NCBI GenBank assembly: GCA_017461985.1
Contig: JAFTSA010000007.1
Location: forward strand, 2,250 to 66,249
Source: Clostridia bacterium
GTDB lineage: Bacteria; Bacillota; Clostridia; Christensenellales; CAG-917
Direction of reading: 5' to 3'
Length of the DNA stretch: 64,000 nucleotides
Position 1 is the first letter of the stretch. Every line of letters begins with the position of its first letter. Shown in pieces: positions 19,267 to 29,073 of this stretch. The notes under the pieces were generated by a model that worked only from the letters and a program-made list of their open reading frames with translations, was not told where the DNA came from and did no database searches. A program made the position numbers and the translations under genes.

Positions 19267-21567
19267 TTACAGTGCGATCACGAGAAGGTTGGTTGTGTCG
19301 ACTGCTGTGAATTCATATGCTTCACCTGCGGTTGCTTTTGCTGAAAGGCCGATTGTGATGCTGTCGCTGCCGTTTTTAACTTCGACGGTGAGTGATGCTT
19401 CGCCTTCATAGATTCTTGCGGTGATTGTTGCATTGCTTTCAAAGACTGATGCGATGACGCCTGCTTCATTTGCATTTGCCCAATCTGATTCGCCAACGAT
19501 ACCTGCAAACCATTCTTCTGCGGCTGCACCATTGTCTCTGTTTGCAATGTGAGTCGTGCCGTCTTCTCCTGTTGCCAATTCAACTTTTTCAAAGACACCA
19601 ACGATGCCCTTGCCGTCGCCGTAGCAGAATTCTTCGTTTGATTGAGGACCATTGTCCTTTGCGAAGAGGCTTGCGATTGCGTCACCTATGCCTTTAACTG
19701 TGATTGAAAGACCATCTTCACTTGTGAGGCTACCGTCGATGACTTCTTCGAGGAGATTGATGATTGCCATGATGCTGGGTGACCAGCTGATGGGTGTAAC
19801 TTCGTCATCTGCTGCTGCACCAAATGAAGGTGTGCCCTTGAAGAGACCTGTGAAGAGGTTGACGAGATCAACGCCGGTGAGTGCAACACCCTTGAAGTTT
19901 GTGTCAACTGTGAAGACGCTGGTGCCACCGTTGTGCTTGGTTGCGTATGCTGTCTTGACTGCATCTGCATCTGCAAAGTCGGTGGTGTACACTGCGTTTG
20001 CCACTGCAACTGCTGCTGCTTGGAGATTTGTATCTTCTGATGATGCAAGTGCGTTCACTGCCATGGGAAGGAGTTCTGCAAGTGCGAGCTTGACGTTATC
20101 GTCTGTTGCATCAAGTTCAAGTGCGAGAGTGCCTTTTGCATAGGTGATTCTGCCAAGTTGCTTGGTGCCGTCTGTGAGGACGAGTTCTGCTGCTGTGTTA
20201 TTGTTTTCAACGTTGACGAGGTCAACCATGCCGTTGAGTTCAAGTCTGAAGTCGCCTGCGAGGTCGTGACCATAGAGGACAAGTGCGCCTTCGGTGAGTT
20301 CAAGGTCAAGTGCAAGGTTGAAGTTGAATTCTTCTTCGTATTCGTCTTTGTCAATGCCGAATGTGTTGTTTGCTGCATTAACGCCAGTGATTGAAACTTC
20401 GTTGAGGCCGATTTCAATTGAGAGAGGATCTTCATTTGTGTCAATACCAACGAGGATTGCAAAGTTTTCGATTGCGCCTTCTGCATCGGTTTGATATTCA
20501 AATGCTACTTCGTTGAGGTTGGTGATCACGTCACCGAGACCCATAGGAAGACCTGTGAGCAAGACGCCAACTGAACCGATGATGCCGGTGGGGCAGAGGT
20601 CGATGCCTGCTTTGAAGGTGTGTGCTTCTTCATCTGCTTCTGCCTTGAAGAGGAGAGGACCAACTGCCTTCAAGAGGTCAAGGACGATTGCATCGCTTTC
20701 TGCGATTGCGTCGATGTCAAGTTCATAGTCATCCATGCCCATTGATTCTGCCAAACTTTCAAGGATGCCAGGAATTGCTGCGCCGATTGCTGATTCGGGG
20801 TCAAGGAGTGTCTTGAGGGTTTCGCCAAGGTCAATGCCGAGGAGACCGGTCAGTGAATTGATGAGGCCGTCAAGGTTCCAATCCTCGCCGAAGCCGTCGA
20901 TGATTGATTCAAGGAGACCAGAGATGCTCATGCCACCAAGGATTTCTTGACCAACAAAGTCGTTGATGGTTGCTGCCCAATCTTGGTTGAAACCGAAGTC
21001 AACACCAATCTTCAAACTTTGATCTGCCCAATCTGCATAGATGTAGTAAGGATCATTGAGGAAGAAGTAAAGTGTGAGCCAGTTGTCTGCATCGTCGTGA
21101 TTGTAGAGTTTGACTTTTGCTGCACTGTTTGCACCTGCGTTGGTTCTGTCAAGGACGATGCCAAGTTCGATGCCGAGGTCAACGAGGTTGTCGCCATCTT
21201 TGCCGATTGCAAGGTTCAAGCCAAGGTCAAGTGCGATGTCTTCGCCTGACTCAACCTCTTCTTGTCCGATGGTTGCTGCTGAATCCCAGAGGCCTTGGAA
21301 GAATTCTGCTGCGCCGTAACCTGTTTCGTCGCCGCCGTCATTTCCGCCATCGTTGCTGCCACCGCCACTGGTGCCCATGTCTGCGCCACAGTTGTCGCAT
21401 TTGCCGTCTTTGGGACGTCTGTCAACGTGACGTGTGCATGATGTGTCGCCACCACCATTGCCGCCACCGTCATTGTCGTTGTCTTTTTCGCCACATGCCA
21501 CAAGTGAGAAGCAAAGGACGAGGACCAACATCAAAACGATGAGTGTCTTGATACTAAATTTTTTCAT
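19267..21567 (-). CDS. Large acidic lipoprotein of unknown function
   Basis: Lipobox LVAC, G/D-rich linkers, C-x2-H...C-x2-C motif; GGAGG RBS. Confidence 0.8.
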   Translation of the reverse strand: MKKFSIKTLIVLMLVLVLCFSLVACGEKDNDNDGGGNGGGDTSCTRHVDRRPKDGKCDNCGADMGTSGGGSNDGGNDGGDETGYGAAEFFQGLWDSAATIGQEEVESGEDIALDLGLNLAIGKDGDNLVDLGIELGIVLDRTNAGANSAAKVKLYNHDDADNWLTLYFFLNDPYYIYADWADQSLKIGVDFGFNQDWAATINDFVGQEILGGMSISGLLESIIDGFGEDWNLDGLINSLTGLLGIDLGETLKTLLDPESAIGAAIPGILESLAESMGMDDYELDIDAIAESDAIVLDLLKAVGPLLFKAEADEEAHTFKAGIDLCPTGIIGSVGVLLTGLPMGLGDVITNLNEVAFEYQTDAEGAIENFAILVGIDTNEDPLSIEIGLNEVSITGVNAANNTFGIDKDEYEEEFNFNLALDLELTEGALVLYGHDLAGDFRLELNGMVDLVNVENNNTAAELVLTDGTKQLGRITYAKGTLALELDATDDNVKLALAELLPMAVNALASSEDTNLQAAAVAVANAVYTTDFADADAVKTAYATKHNGGTSVFTVDTNFKGVALTGVDLVNLFTGLFKGTPSFGAAADDEVTPISWSPSIMAIINLLEEVIDGSLTSEDGLSITVKGIGDAIASLFAKDNGPQSNEEFCYGDGKGIVGVFEKVELATGEDGTTHIANRDNGAAAEEWFAGIVGESDWANANEAGVIASVFESNATITARIYEGEASLTVEVKNGSDSITIGLSAKATAGEAYEFTAVDTTNLLVIAL

Positions 21568-21845
21568 AATTATCCTCCTATGAAAAACTTTGAGAGTATT
21601 TTTGTTTTGTTGATTTCTTTTGATGCTATTTCAAAACCACACTACCTATAAAACAAACGAGAGGGCGGTTTCGCCAACCAAACCCGAAAGTTTCCGATAA
21701 TAATGATTATGATTACATATATTATAGTATAGAAGATATTAAGTGTCAATAATCAAAATTTGCCAAATAACCAAGTTTTTTAGTAAACATAGTTCACAAA
21801 AAAGGCTCTTCATCAGTTATGACTGGACTTGTCAAATTTTGATCA

Positions 21846-21935
21846 GTTATATTTGTCTTCGACAAGTTATATTGTGGCACGCCACAGTTATATTGCCTTC
21901 GGCAGTTATATTTCTCTCTTTGAGAGAAGTTGCGG
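21846..21935 (+). repeat. Hairpin/linker array, left arm (GTTATAT x4 plus GTTGCGG)
   Basis: GTTATAT ttgtc-ttc-gacaa GTTATAT tgtggc-ac-gccaca GTTATAT tgcc-ttc-ggca GTTATAT ttctctc-ttt-gagagaa GTTGCGG. Confidence 0.9.
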
Positions 21936-22012
21936 ATTATTTTTCACATTTTATGTTTCTATAAATAAAAAACTCACTCCCCTGTTTGAGGATTGTGAGC
22001 TTTTCAATTTTT

Positions 22013-22369
22013 CTATTCAATTTCCGCTTTTGATGTTTTGCAGGCACTTATAAGCATTCTTCTTATAGTTCCACAATCAGCAACAAGTTTCTTATATTTT
22101 GCCTCTGCGATATAACCCGTTTCAAACATGAGTTCAAGCCAATATTCGCTTTCATAGCACTCTTTTAGTGCTATTTCTAACTTAGAAACAAAATCTGCCC
22201 CGCTTTGGGCGTATTGCGCCTCGCTCAAGTTTGCTCCTATGCTTGTTCCGGCGCGCAAAAGTTGACCTGTCAAGATATATTCTCTTTCTTGAGATTGTAC
22301 GTCTTTCACCAAAAAGATAATTGCTTTTGCAAATTCCTTTGCGCGTTCTCGTGTTGAAATTTCAGTCAT
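22013..22369 (-). CDS. Four helix bundle protein (23S rRNA intervening-sequence protein / Avd-like family)
   Basis: QLLRAGTSIGANLSEA...SGADFVSKLEIALKECYESEYWLEL signature, 118 aa. Confidence 0.92.
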   Translation of the reverse strand: MTEISTRERAKEFAKAIIFLVKDVQSQEREYILTGQLLRAGTSIGANLSEAQYAQSGADFVSKLEIALKECYESEYWLELMFETGYIAEAKYKKLVADCGTIRRMLISACKTSKAEIE

Positions 22370-22394
22370 TATTTTCCCTTCTTATCACTAATAA

Positions 22395-22475
22395 CCTTAA
22401 CTTGCCAAAGGCAAATATCACTTGCGGAGCAAATATAACTGCGAAGCAATATAACTCGCTGAAAGCGAATATAAC
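22395..22475 (-). repeat. Hairpin/linker array, right arm (inverted)
   Basis: On +: CCTTAAC ttgcc-aaa-ggcaa ATATCAC ttgc-gga-gcaa ATATAAC tgc-gaa-gca ATATAAC tcgct-gaa-agcga ATATAAC. Confidence 0.9.
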
Positions 22476-22481
22476 TGACTA

Positions 22482-23183
22482 TTAATAGCCACCACGGATT
22501 GAGAGGACTTCTCCTGTGATGTAGTCGGCGGAAAGCAAAAACATAACCGCTTCTGCAACCTCACTGGGTTTTCCAAGTCTGCCCATAGGGATTTCTTCCA
22601 CAAAGGCACGGAGTTCATCATCGGTGTAGGTCTTCATCATATCCGTGTCAATAGCTCCGGGAGCCACTGCATTGACGGTTATGCCCATAGGCGCAAGTTC
22701 CTTGGCAAGGGCTTTGGTGAGGCCTATGACGCCTGCCTTTGATGCGGAATAATGAGTTTCCATGCTAGCCCCGTCCGTGCCCCACATTGAGGACAGGTTG
22801 ACAATCCTGCCATATCCCTTTGAAATCATGCCGGGGACAACCTCCCTTGTCACAAAGAAAGTGCCGTCCAGATTGACACCTATCATACGATGCCAGTCCT
22901 CATCGGTTATGTCTTGGAAGAGTTTGTCTTGGGCTATGCCTGCATTGTTGACAAGGAGGTCAACTCCGCCCATATCCGCCTTGATTTTGGCAATCAATTC
23001 CTTCACCTGAGCGGAAGAGGACACGTCACATTGGTAGGCCTTTGCGCCCACCTCTTTTGCCAAATTTTCGGCCTTTTCCTTGTTGGTGACGTAGGTGAAA
23101 GCCACCCTATACTTGCCTACGGCAAGACGTACGATGGCCTCCCCTATCCCACGGCTTCCGCCAGTGATAAGAATTGTTTTCAT
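22482..23183 (-). CDS. SDR oxidoreductase, FabG/YmfI-like
   Basis: TGGSRGIG, NNAG, YSASK. Confidence 0.88.
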   Translation of the reverse strand: MKTILITGGSRGIGEAIVRLAVGKYRVAFTYVTNKEKAENLAKEVGAKAYQCDVSSSAQVKELIAKIKADMGGVDLLVNNAGIAQDKLFQDITDEDWHRMIGVNLDGTFFVTREVVPGMISKGYGRIVNLSSMWGTDGASMETHYSASKAGVIGLTKALAKELAPMGITVNAVAPGAIDTDMMKTYTDDELRAFVEEIPMGRLGKPSEVAEAVMFLLSADYITGEVLSIRGGY

Positions 23184-23184
23184 A

Positions 23185-24603
23185 TTATTCTGCTTTTTCT
23201 GCCTCTTCTTTTGCCGCCTTGTCTGCATCGTTCATGAAACCGAGCATTGTGGGTTCATCTGCGTCTGCAAGGTCTGCTGCGTAGAGATAGTTGTAGTTTT
23301 CGCTGTCAAAGAAGAACATTGTGCCGTCAACAAATTCAACGTTGAGCCAGTTGGTGACGATGCCTGCTTCGAGGACGACCTTTTCATTGGCGCTTGCATC
23401 AAGTTTTGCTGCGTAGAGTTTGCCACCAGTTGAATCAGTGTAGTACACTGTGCCGTCAAGGACGTATTGGATGGTGATTGCTCTACCGATGACAAGGTTT
23501 TCAGTTGTGTCTGCTTCTGCGGTTGTCACAAGATAGGTCTTGTTTGCGCTGGTTGACACAAGTGCGCCAGCATTGTAGCCGAGAGGATACACTGTTGACA
23601 GTGCTGTGCTCTTTGAAAGGTGCTTTTCAGTTGTGACGTCAAAGTCTCCGCCAAATGCAACTTTGTTGACAAAGAGGCCTCTGCCTTCTTCTTGGCTGTT
23701 GATGTAGTTTGCCTTGTTGTAGTAGAGGGTGACACCGCCATCTTCAACGACCATATCGATGAGGTTGAAACTGAAGACCTTGGTGGGGAAATAGTCAACG
23801 TAGTTTTCCTTTTCATTTTCTGCAAGATAGGTGAGTTTGTCAGCAAGGACTTTCTTGTCTGTGCCGTCGTACTTCACTGCGTTCAAGGTGTTGCAGAATT
23901 CATAGCTTTGGTCACCGGTGACTGTTTCGGTGTAGTAGACATAGTCACTTGCATAGTCCCAAAGCACTGTTTCAACGTTTTCAAGGAAGACACCGCCTGT
24001 GACGCCCTTTGCGTTGTCACTGCTCTTTGTTGTGTCCATACCGCTGAAATCGATATAGTTGACGGTGGTTGCGCCTGATGCCATGTAGAGGATTCTTGAA
24101 GGTGTAAAGAAATATCTGCTGCTACGGCTGTTGATGGTTGCGATGAGTTGAGTCACACTGCCGTCAATCTTTGTGCGCATAAAGTCGGTGTGGGTGGTTG
24201 ATGCAACACCGCTCTTGTCCATGTCGTTGTTGGGGGTTGCATAGTAAATCCATTCGCCGAAGATTGCAAAGCCGCCGTCTGCGTTTTGGTTGTACACTTG
24301 CTTGGGAACAACCACGACTGCATCTGAGTAAGTGCCGTCTGCGTTGAGTTTTGCTCTCACGATTGCGTTTTTGACGGGGGTGCCCCAGGTGTTGTCCACT
24401 GTGGTGTTGGTGTCATAACCATTGATGAAATAGACGTATTCGCCTTGCTTGACGTAGTATCCGCCATTTGATTCAACTGCTGCGTCGGGGTTTCCGCCGC
24501 CGATTGAATTCCATTCAAACTTGTTGCAACCGACGAGAACTGCGGTGAGGACTGCAACGAGAGCCACGATGGCGATGATGCTGACTAAATGTTTCTTGTT
24601 CAT
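23185..24603 (-). CDS. Lipoprotein, probable beta-propeller (DUF5050-like)
   Basis: Lipobox LVGC; repeated YVYF / WIYY / YVYY / VYYT strands. Confidence 0.7.
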   Translation of the reverse strand: MNKKHLVSIIAIVALVAVLTAVLVGCNKFEWNSIGGGNPDAAVESNGGYYVKQGEYVYFINGYDTNTTVDNTWGTPVKNAIVRAKLNADGTYSDAVVVVPKQVYNQNADGGFAIFGEWIYYATPNNDMDKSGVASTTHTDFMRTKIDGSVTQLIATINSRSSRYFFTPSRILYMASGATTVNYIDFSGMDTTKSSDNAKGVTGGVFLENVETVLWDYASDYVYYTETVTGDQSYEFCNTLNAVKYDGTDKKVLADKLTYLAENEKENYVDYFPTKVFSFNLIDMVVEDGGVTLYYNKANYINSQEEGRGLFVNKVAFGGDFDVTTEKHLSKSTALSTVYPLGYNAGALVSTSANKTYLVTTAEADTTENLVIGRAITIQYVLDGTVYYTDSTGGKLYAAKLDASANEKVVLEAGIVTNWLNVEFVDGTMFFFDSENYNYLYAADLADADEPTMLGFMNDADKAAKEEAEKAE

Positions 24604-24694
24604 AATATACTCCTGATTTTGCTACTATATTTGTGGCTTGTGCCAATGAGTTTTATTCCTGCATACTCTGTATGCAAATTGATGTTCTAATGGG

Positions 24695-26452
24695 TTATTT
24701 TTCAATTTCGTCTTCTTTGACGTCAAGTTTGATGTGGACGTCACGAAGTTGTTGCTCGGTGACGGTTGAAGGTGCGTTCATCAAGATATCACGGGCGTTT
24801 CTGTCCATGGGGAAGACGATGATTTCTCTTATACTTTGTTCTGCTGCAAGGAGCATAACCATACGGTCAACACCGGGTGCGATGCCTGCGTGAGGAGGTG
24901 CACCAAACTTGAATGCGTTGTACAATGCAGAGAATTTCTTTTCGATGACGTCAATGCCGTATCCTGCAATTTCAAATGCCTTTTCCATGATGGCGGGCTC
25001 GTGGTTTCTCACTGCACCGCTGCTGAGTTCAACGCCGTTGACAACACTGTCATATTGATATGCAAGGATGTCAAGAGGATTCATTGTGTTCAGTGCGTTC
25101 AAACCGCCTTGAGGCATACTGAAAGGATTGTGGCTGAAGCCGATGTTGCCTTCGTCGTCCAGTTCGTACATGGGGAAGTCAACAATCCAGCAGAAACGGA
25201 ATGCGTTCTTTTCAAGAAGGTCAAGACCGACACCCAGTTCGGTGCGGAGATAGCCTGCTTGTTTCCATGCATCTTTTTCTTCTGCGATAAGTGCGACAAA
25301 TGCACCTGCTTTGAGGTCAAGTCTTTCAACGAGAGCATCTTTGCAATCCACTGCAAACTTGGTGATTCCGCCTTGGAGTTCGCCCTTTTCATCAAGTTTG
25401 AACCAGTACATACTGCTTGCGCCGTTAAGCTTGACCTTTTCGGTCAATGCATCAATGAACTTTCTGCCAACGTTTGCGCCGTTGACTGCCACTGCCTTGA
25501 TGGTCTTGCCCTTTTCAAAGAAAGGTGCTTTTTCTTCAAGAATATCGGTGACGTCCTTGATGATGAGGGGGTTTCTCAGGTCGGGTTTGTCTGAGCCGTA
25601 GTCACGGATTGCATCTCTATATTTGATGCGACGGAAAGGTCCTTTATCTACGGAGTAGCCCTTAGGGCTAAACTCTGTGAAAACACCTGACAGGACTTCT
25701 TCCATAACTGTGAAGACGTCCTCTTGTGTTGCAAAGCACATTTCTGTGTCAAGTTGATAAAATTCGCCGGGGCTACGGTCTGCTCTTGCGTCTTCATCTC
25801 TAAAGCAAGGTGCAATTTGGAAATACTTGTCAAAGCCTGATGCCATCAGCAGTTGCTTGTATTGTTGAGGTGCTTGAGGCAGTGCGTAAAACTTGCCGGG
25901 GTGCAATCTTGAAGGCACGATGAAGTCTCTTGCGCCTTCAGGGGATGAGCTGGTGAGGATAGGTGTGGTGATTTCAAGGAATCCCATATCCGTCATCTTT
26001 CTTCTAAGCCAGCTGACAACCTTTGCACGGAATACGATTTTGTCCTTGACTTCGGGGTTTCTCAGGTCAAGGAAACGATATTTAAGACGTGTGTCCTCTC
26101 TTGATGAAGTGCTTGTTGCCACTTCAAAGGGGAGTTGCTCATAGCACTTGCCAAGGACTTCGATCTTTTCGGGTTCGATTTCGATCATGCCTGTGGGCAT
26201 ATCGGGGTTGGGGGATGAGCGGAGGATAACCTTACCTTCAACAGAGATTGTTGATTCACGAGGGATATCTCTCACAAGTGCCTTTGTTTCTTCGTCTGCT
26301 GCCACCACTTGGGTGTAGCCGTAAAAGTCACGAAGTACGAAGAAAATCACTGCGCCAAGGTCACGGGTGGATGACAACCATCCGCAAAGCTTGACCTTTT
26401 GTCCAACGTTTTGTTCGGTGAGTTCACCGCAGTTGTGTGTTCTAAGTTCCAT
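24695..26452 (-). CDS. aspS: Aspartate--tRNA ligase
   Basis: RTHNCGEL, LPQAPQQYKQLLM, FRDED, PPHAGIAPGVDR. Confidence 0.96.
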   Translation of the reverse strand: MELRTHNCGELTEQNVGQKVKLCGWLSSTRDLGAVIFFVLRDFYGYTQVVAADEETKALVRDIPRESTISVEGKVILRSSPNPDMPTGMIEIEPEKIEVLGKCYEQLPFEVATSTSSREDTRLKYRFLDLRNPEVKDKIVFRAKVVSWLRRKMTDMGFLEITTPILTSSSPEGARDFIVPSRLHPGKFYALPQAPQQYKQLLMASGFDKYFQIAPCFRDEDARADRSPGEFYQLDTEMCFATQEDVFTVMEEVLSGVFTEFSPKGYSVDKGPFRRIKYRDAIRDYGSDKPDLRNPLIIKDVTDILEEKAPFFEKGKTIKAVAVNGANVGRKFIDALTEKVKLNGASSMYWFKLDEKGELQGGITKFAVDCKDALVERLDLKAGAFVALIAEEKDAWKQAGYLRTELGVGLDLLEKNAFRFCWIVDFPMYELDDEGNIGFSHNPFSMPQGGLNALNTMNPLDILAYQYDSVVNGVELSSGAVRNHEPAIMEKAFEIAGYGIDVIEKKFSALYNAFKFGAPPHAGIAPGVDRMVMLLAAEQSIREIIVFPMDRNARDILMNAPSTVTEQQLRDVHIKLDVKEDEIEK

Positions 26453-26517
26453 ATTGCCTTCCGTTATAGTTTGCACAACTTGAGTTGTGTTTTTTTGTCT
26501 TCTTTGTTGTTTTCATC

Positions 26518-27522
26518 TTACAAAAGATGAATATTGTGCTTTTCGCACTCTTCTGCCATATCCTCAGGCCACAGGCTTGCTTGCACTTCGCCTATATGCG
26601 CCTTTTCAAGGATGAGCATACAAAGTCTTGATTGTCCTATTCCGCCGCCGATTGTGAGAGGGAGTTCTCCTGACAGAACTTGCTTGTGATAGGTGTGCAC
26701 AAGTCGGTCTGTTGCCCCTGCCATTTCCAGTTGCTTCACAAGGGTTTCACCGTCAACTCTTATGCCCATTGAGGATATTTCAAGGCTTTCACCGATGACG
26801 TCGTCGTAAAACAGAATATCTCCGTTCAAACTCCAGTCGTCATAGTCGGGGGCTCTACCATCGTGAGGTTTGCCGTTTGAGAGAGGTGCGCCTATCTTCA
26901 TAAGAAACACCGTGCCGTATTCCTTTGCCGCCGCCGTTTCCCTTTGATGAGAGGTGAGGTTGGGATAGCGGTTCAAAAGTTCCTCGGTGGTGATGAAGGT
27001 CACTTCTCTTTTCAAACTACGTTTGATGACGGGATATGCGCGCTTTGTTTCCTCAAGAGTGTCGCATATTGTGCCAACCAGCCTTGTGACCACTCTCTTC
27101 AAAAAGTCCTCTGTGCGTTGCTCACGGCAGATGACCATTTCCCAGTCCCATTGATCCACGTATATTGAGTGTACGTTGTCGCAACTGTCGTCACGGCGGA
27201 TTGCGTTCATATCAGTGTACAACCCTTCACCACATTGAAAGCGATACTTCTTCAGTGCCATACGCTTCCATTTTGCAAGGGAGTGGACTATTTCTGCCTC
27301 TGCACCCTGCTCCTTCACGTCAAAGCGGACTGCTCTTTCGTGGCCGTTGAGGTCATCGTTTACACCCGTATGACTGCGCACCATTATGGGTGCGGACACA
27401 CGCTCAAAGCCAAAGTTTTTGATAAAATTGCGCTGGAAAGCGTCCTTCACAAATTTAATGGCTTTTTCGGTTTCCCTAACAGTCATGTTAGGCTTGTAGT
27501 CGTCGGGTATAAACAGATACAT
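26518..27522 (-). CDS. asnA: Aspartate--ammonia ligase
   Basis: VHSLAKWKR, YVDQWDWE, TIGGGIGQSR. Confidence 0.96.
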   Translation of the reverse strand: MYLFIPDDYKPNMTVRETEKAIKFVKDAFQRNFIKNFGFERVSAPIMVRSHTGVNDDLNGHERAVRFDVKEQGAEAEIVHSLAKWKRMALKKYRFQCGEGLYTDMNAIRRDDSCDNVHSIYVDQWDWEMVICREQRTEDFLKRVVTRLVGTICDTLEETKRAYPVIKRSLKREVTFITTEELLNRYPNLTSHQRETAAAKEYGTVFLMKIGAPLSNGKPHDGRAPDYDDWSLNGDILFYDDVIGESLEISSMGIRVDGETLVKQLEMAGATDRLVHTYHKQVLSGELPLTIGGGIGQSRLCMLILEKAHIGEVQASLWPEDMAEECEKHNIHLL

Positions 27523-27549
27523 ATCAACACAATCTATAAATAGATTGAA

Positions 27550-28938
27550 TTACATCAAATCGCCGGTTGTTCTTGCATAGAGTTGGACGTCACGGATGTT
27601 TGAAATGCCGGTGACGTACATCATGATACGTTCAAGGCCAAGGCCGAATCCGCTATGTGGCACACTGCCGTACTTGCGGAGGTCCATATAGCCAACGTAG
27701 TCGTCAAGGTTCATATTGCGGTCAACCATTGCTTGCTTCAGTTTGTCATAGTCTGCTTCTCTTTCACTGCAACCGATGATTTCACCAACACCGGGCACAA
27801 GAAGGTCGGTTGCTGCAACGGTCTTGCCGTCGTCGTTTTGCTTCATATAAAAACTCTTGATGTGCTTGGGATAGTTGATGACAAACACGGGCTTGTTGAA
27901 CACCTTTTCAGTGATGTATCTTTCGTGTTCAGATTGAAGGTCAAGACCCCACTCCACAGGATAGACGAATTTTTCACCAGATTTTTTCAAAATCTCAATG
28001 GCTTCGGTGTAGTCAAGCACCTTGAATTCACTTTCAACAACGGCGGTGAGTTTTGCTCTCAAACCGCTTTCAAATGCCTTTTCAAAGAAAGCAATTTCTT
28101 CAGGGCATTCGTCAAGGACTGCCTTGATGATGTATTTGATCATGCTTTCAGCAATGTTGATGATGTCGGGCAGTTTTGCAAATGCCACTTCAGGCTCAAC
28201 TTGCCAAAACTCTGCTGCGTGACGAGGAGTGTTGGAGTTTTCTGCACGGAAAGTAGGGCCAAAGGTGTAAATCTTGCCCATTGCCATTGCTGCCACTTCG
28301 CCTTCAAGTTGTCCGCTGACGGTGAGGCCAGCCTTTCTCTTGAAGAAGTCTGTTGCCATATACTCTGCTTCGTCTTTTGAAAGTTTTGCGCTTGCGCATC
28401 CGTGTGTTGTCACGTGGAAAATTTCACCTGCGCCTTCACAGTCACTGCCTGTAATGATGGGGGTGTGGATATATGTATATCCATTTTCTTGGAAGAAACG
28501 GTGGATTGCAAAACTAAGCTTGCTTCTCACACGGAGCATTGCGTTAAATGTATTTGTTCTCACACGGAGGTGAGGAATTGTACGCAAAAATTCAAGAGAG
28601 TGATATTTCTTTTGCAGAGGATAGTCTTGAGGACAGTCACCAAGAAGTTCGATACTTTCTGCGTTGATTTCGTAATCCCCTTGATTCATTGCAGGGACAA
28701 CTGTGCCGTTCACAAGAAGTGATGCGCCGTTTTTCAAGCATTTGGAAAGTTCTGCACCGTCAAACTTTGCTTTGTCAATGACGATTTGCAGATGCTTCAG
28801 TGAAGTGCCGTCGTTGAGAGCAACAAATGCCATAGTCTTGCTGTCCCGTGCAGTTCTTGCCCAGCCAGCAACCACAACTGATTTGCCTTCGTAGTCTTTG
28901 CCGTTTGTAAGAATGTCAATGATGTCAATGTTTTTCAT
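27550..28938 (-). CDS. asnS: Asparagine--tRNA ligase
   Basis: LTVSGQLE, FRAENSNT.RH, GFGLGLER. Confidence 0.96.
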   Translation of the reverse strand: MKNIDIIDILTNGKDYEGKSVVVAGWARTARDSKTMAFVALNDGTSLKHLQIVIDKAKFDGAELSKCLKNGASLLVNGTVVPAMNQGDYEINAESIELLGDCPQDYPLQKKYHSLEFLRTIPHLRVRTNTFNAMLRVRSKLSFAIHRFFQENGYTYIHTPIITGSDCEGAGEIFHVTTHGCASAKLSKDEAEYMATDFFKRKAGLTVSGQLEGEVAAMAMGKIYTFGPTFRAENSNTPRHAAEFWQVEPEVAFAKLPDIINIAESMIKYIIKAVLDECPEEIAFFEKAFESGLRAKLTAVVESEFKVLDYTEAIEILKKSGEKFVYPVEWGLDLQSEHERYITEKVFNKPVFVINYPKHIKSFYMKQNDDGKTVAATDLLVPGVGEIIGCSEREADYDKLKQAMVDRNMNLDDYVGYMDLRKYGSVPHSGFGLGLERIMMYVTGISNIRDVQLYARTTGDLM

Positions 28939-29073
28939 AAAAAACTCCTATATTTGACTATTATAATTTTAATTATAAATTTTGTAAAGAGATTTTTGCA
29001 CGTGAGAAAAAAGTTGACTAAATATTGCGCTTTCAACTATACTAAACTCAACAAATTGTGTTTTGAGGTGTTT

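Noticed and set aside
22013-22369. Diversity-generating retroelement or rRNA intervening sequence
   Set aside because: No reverse transcriptase, TR/VR pair or rRNA gene is visible in the window.
18960-22475. Linker/hairpin arrays as CRISPR arrays
   Set aside because: The repeats are only 7 nt, the spacers are short and self-palindromic, the arms are inverted, and there are no cas genes.
26453-26517. T-box leaders upstream of aspS, asnS or argS
   Set aside because: The intergenic regions are short and I found no T-box consensus with an antiterminator.
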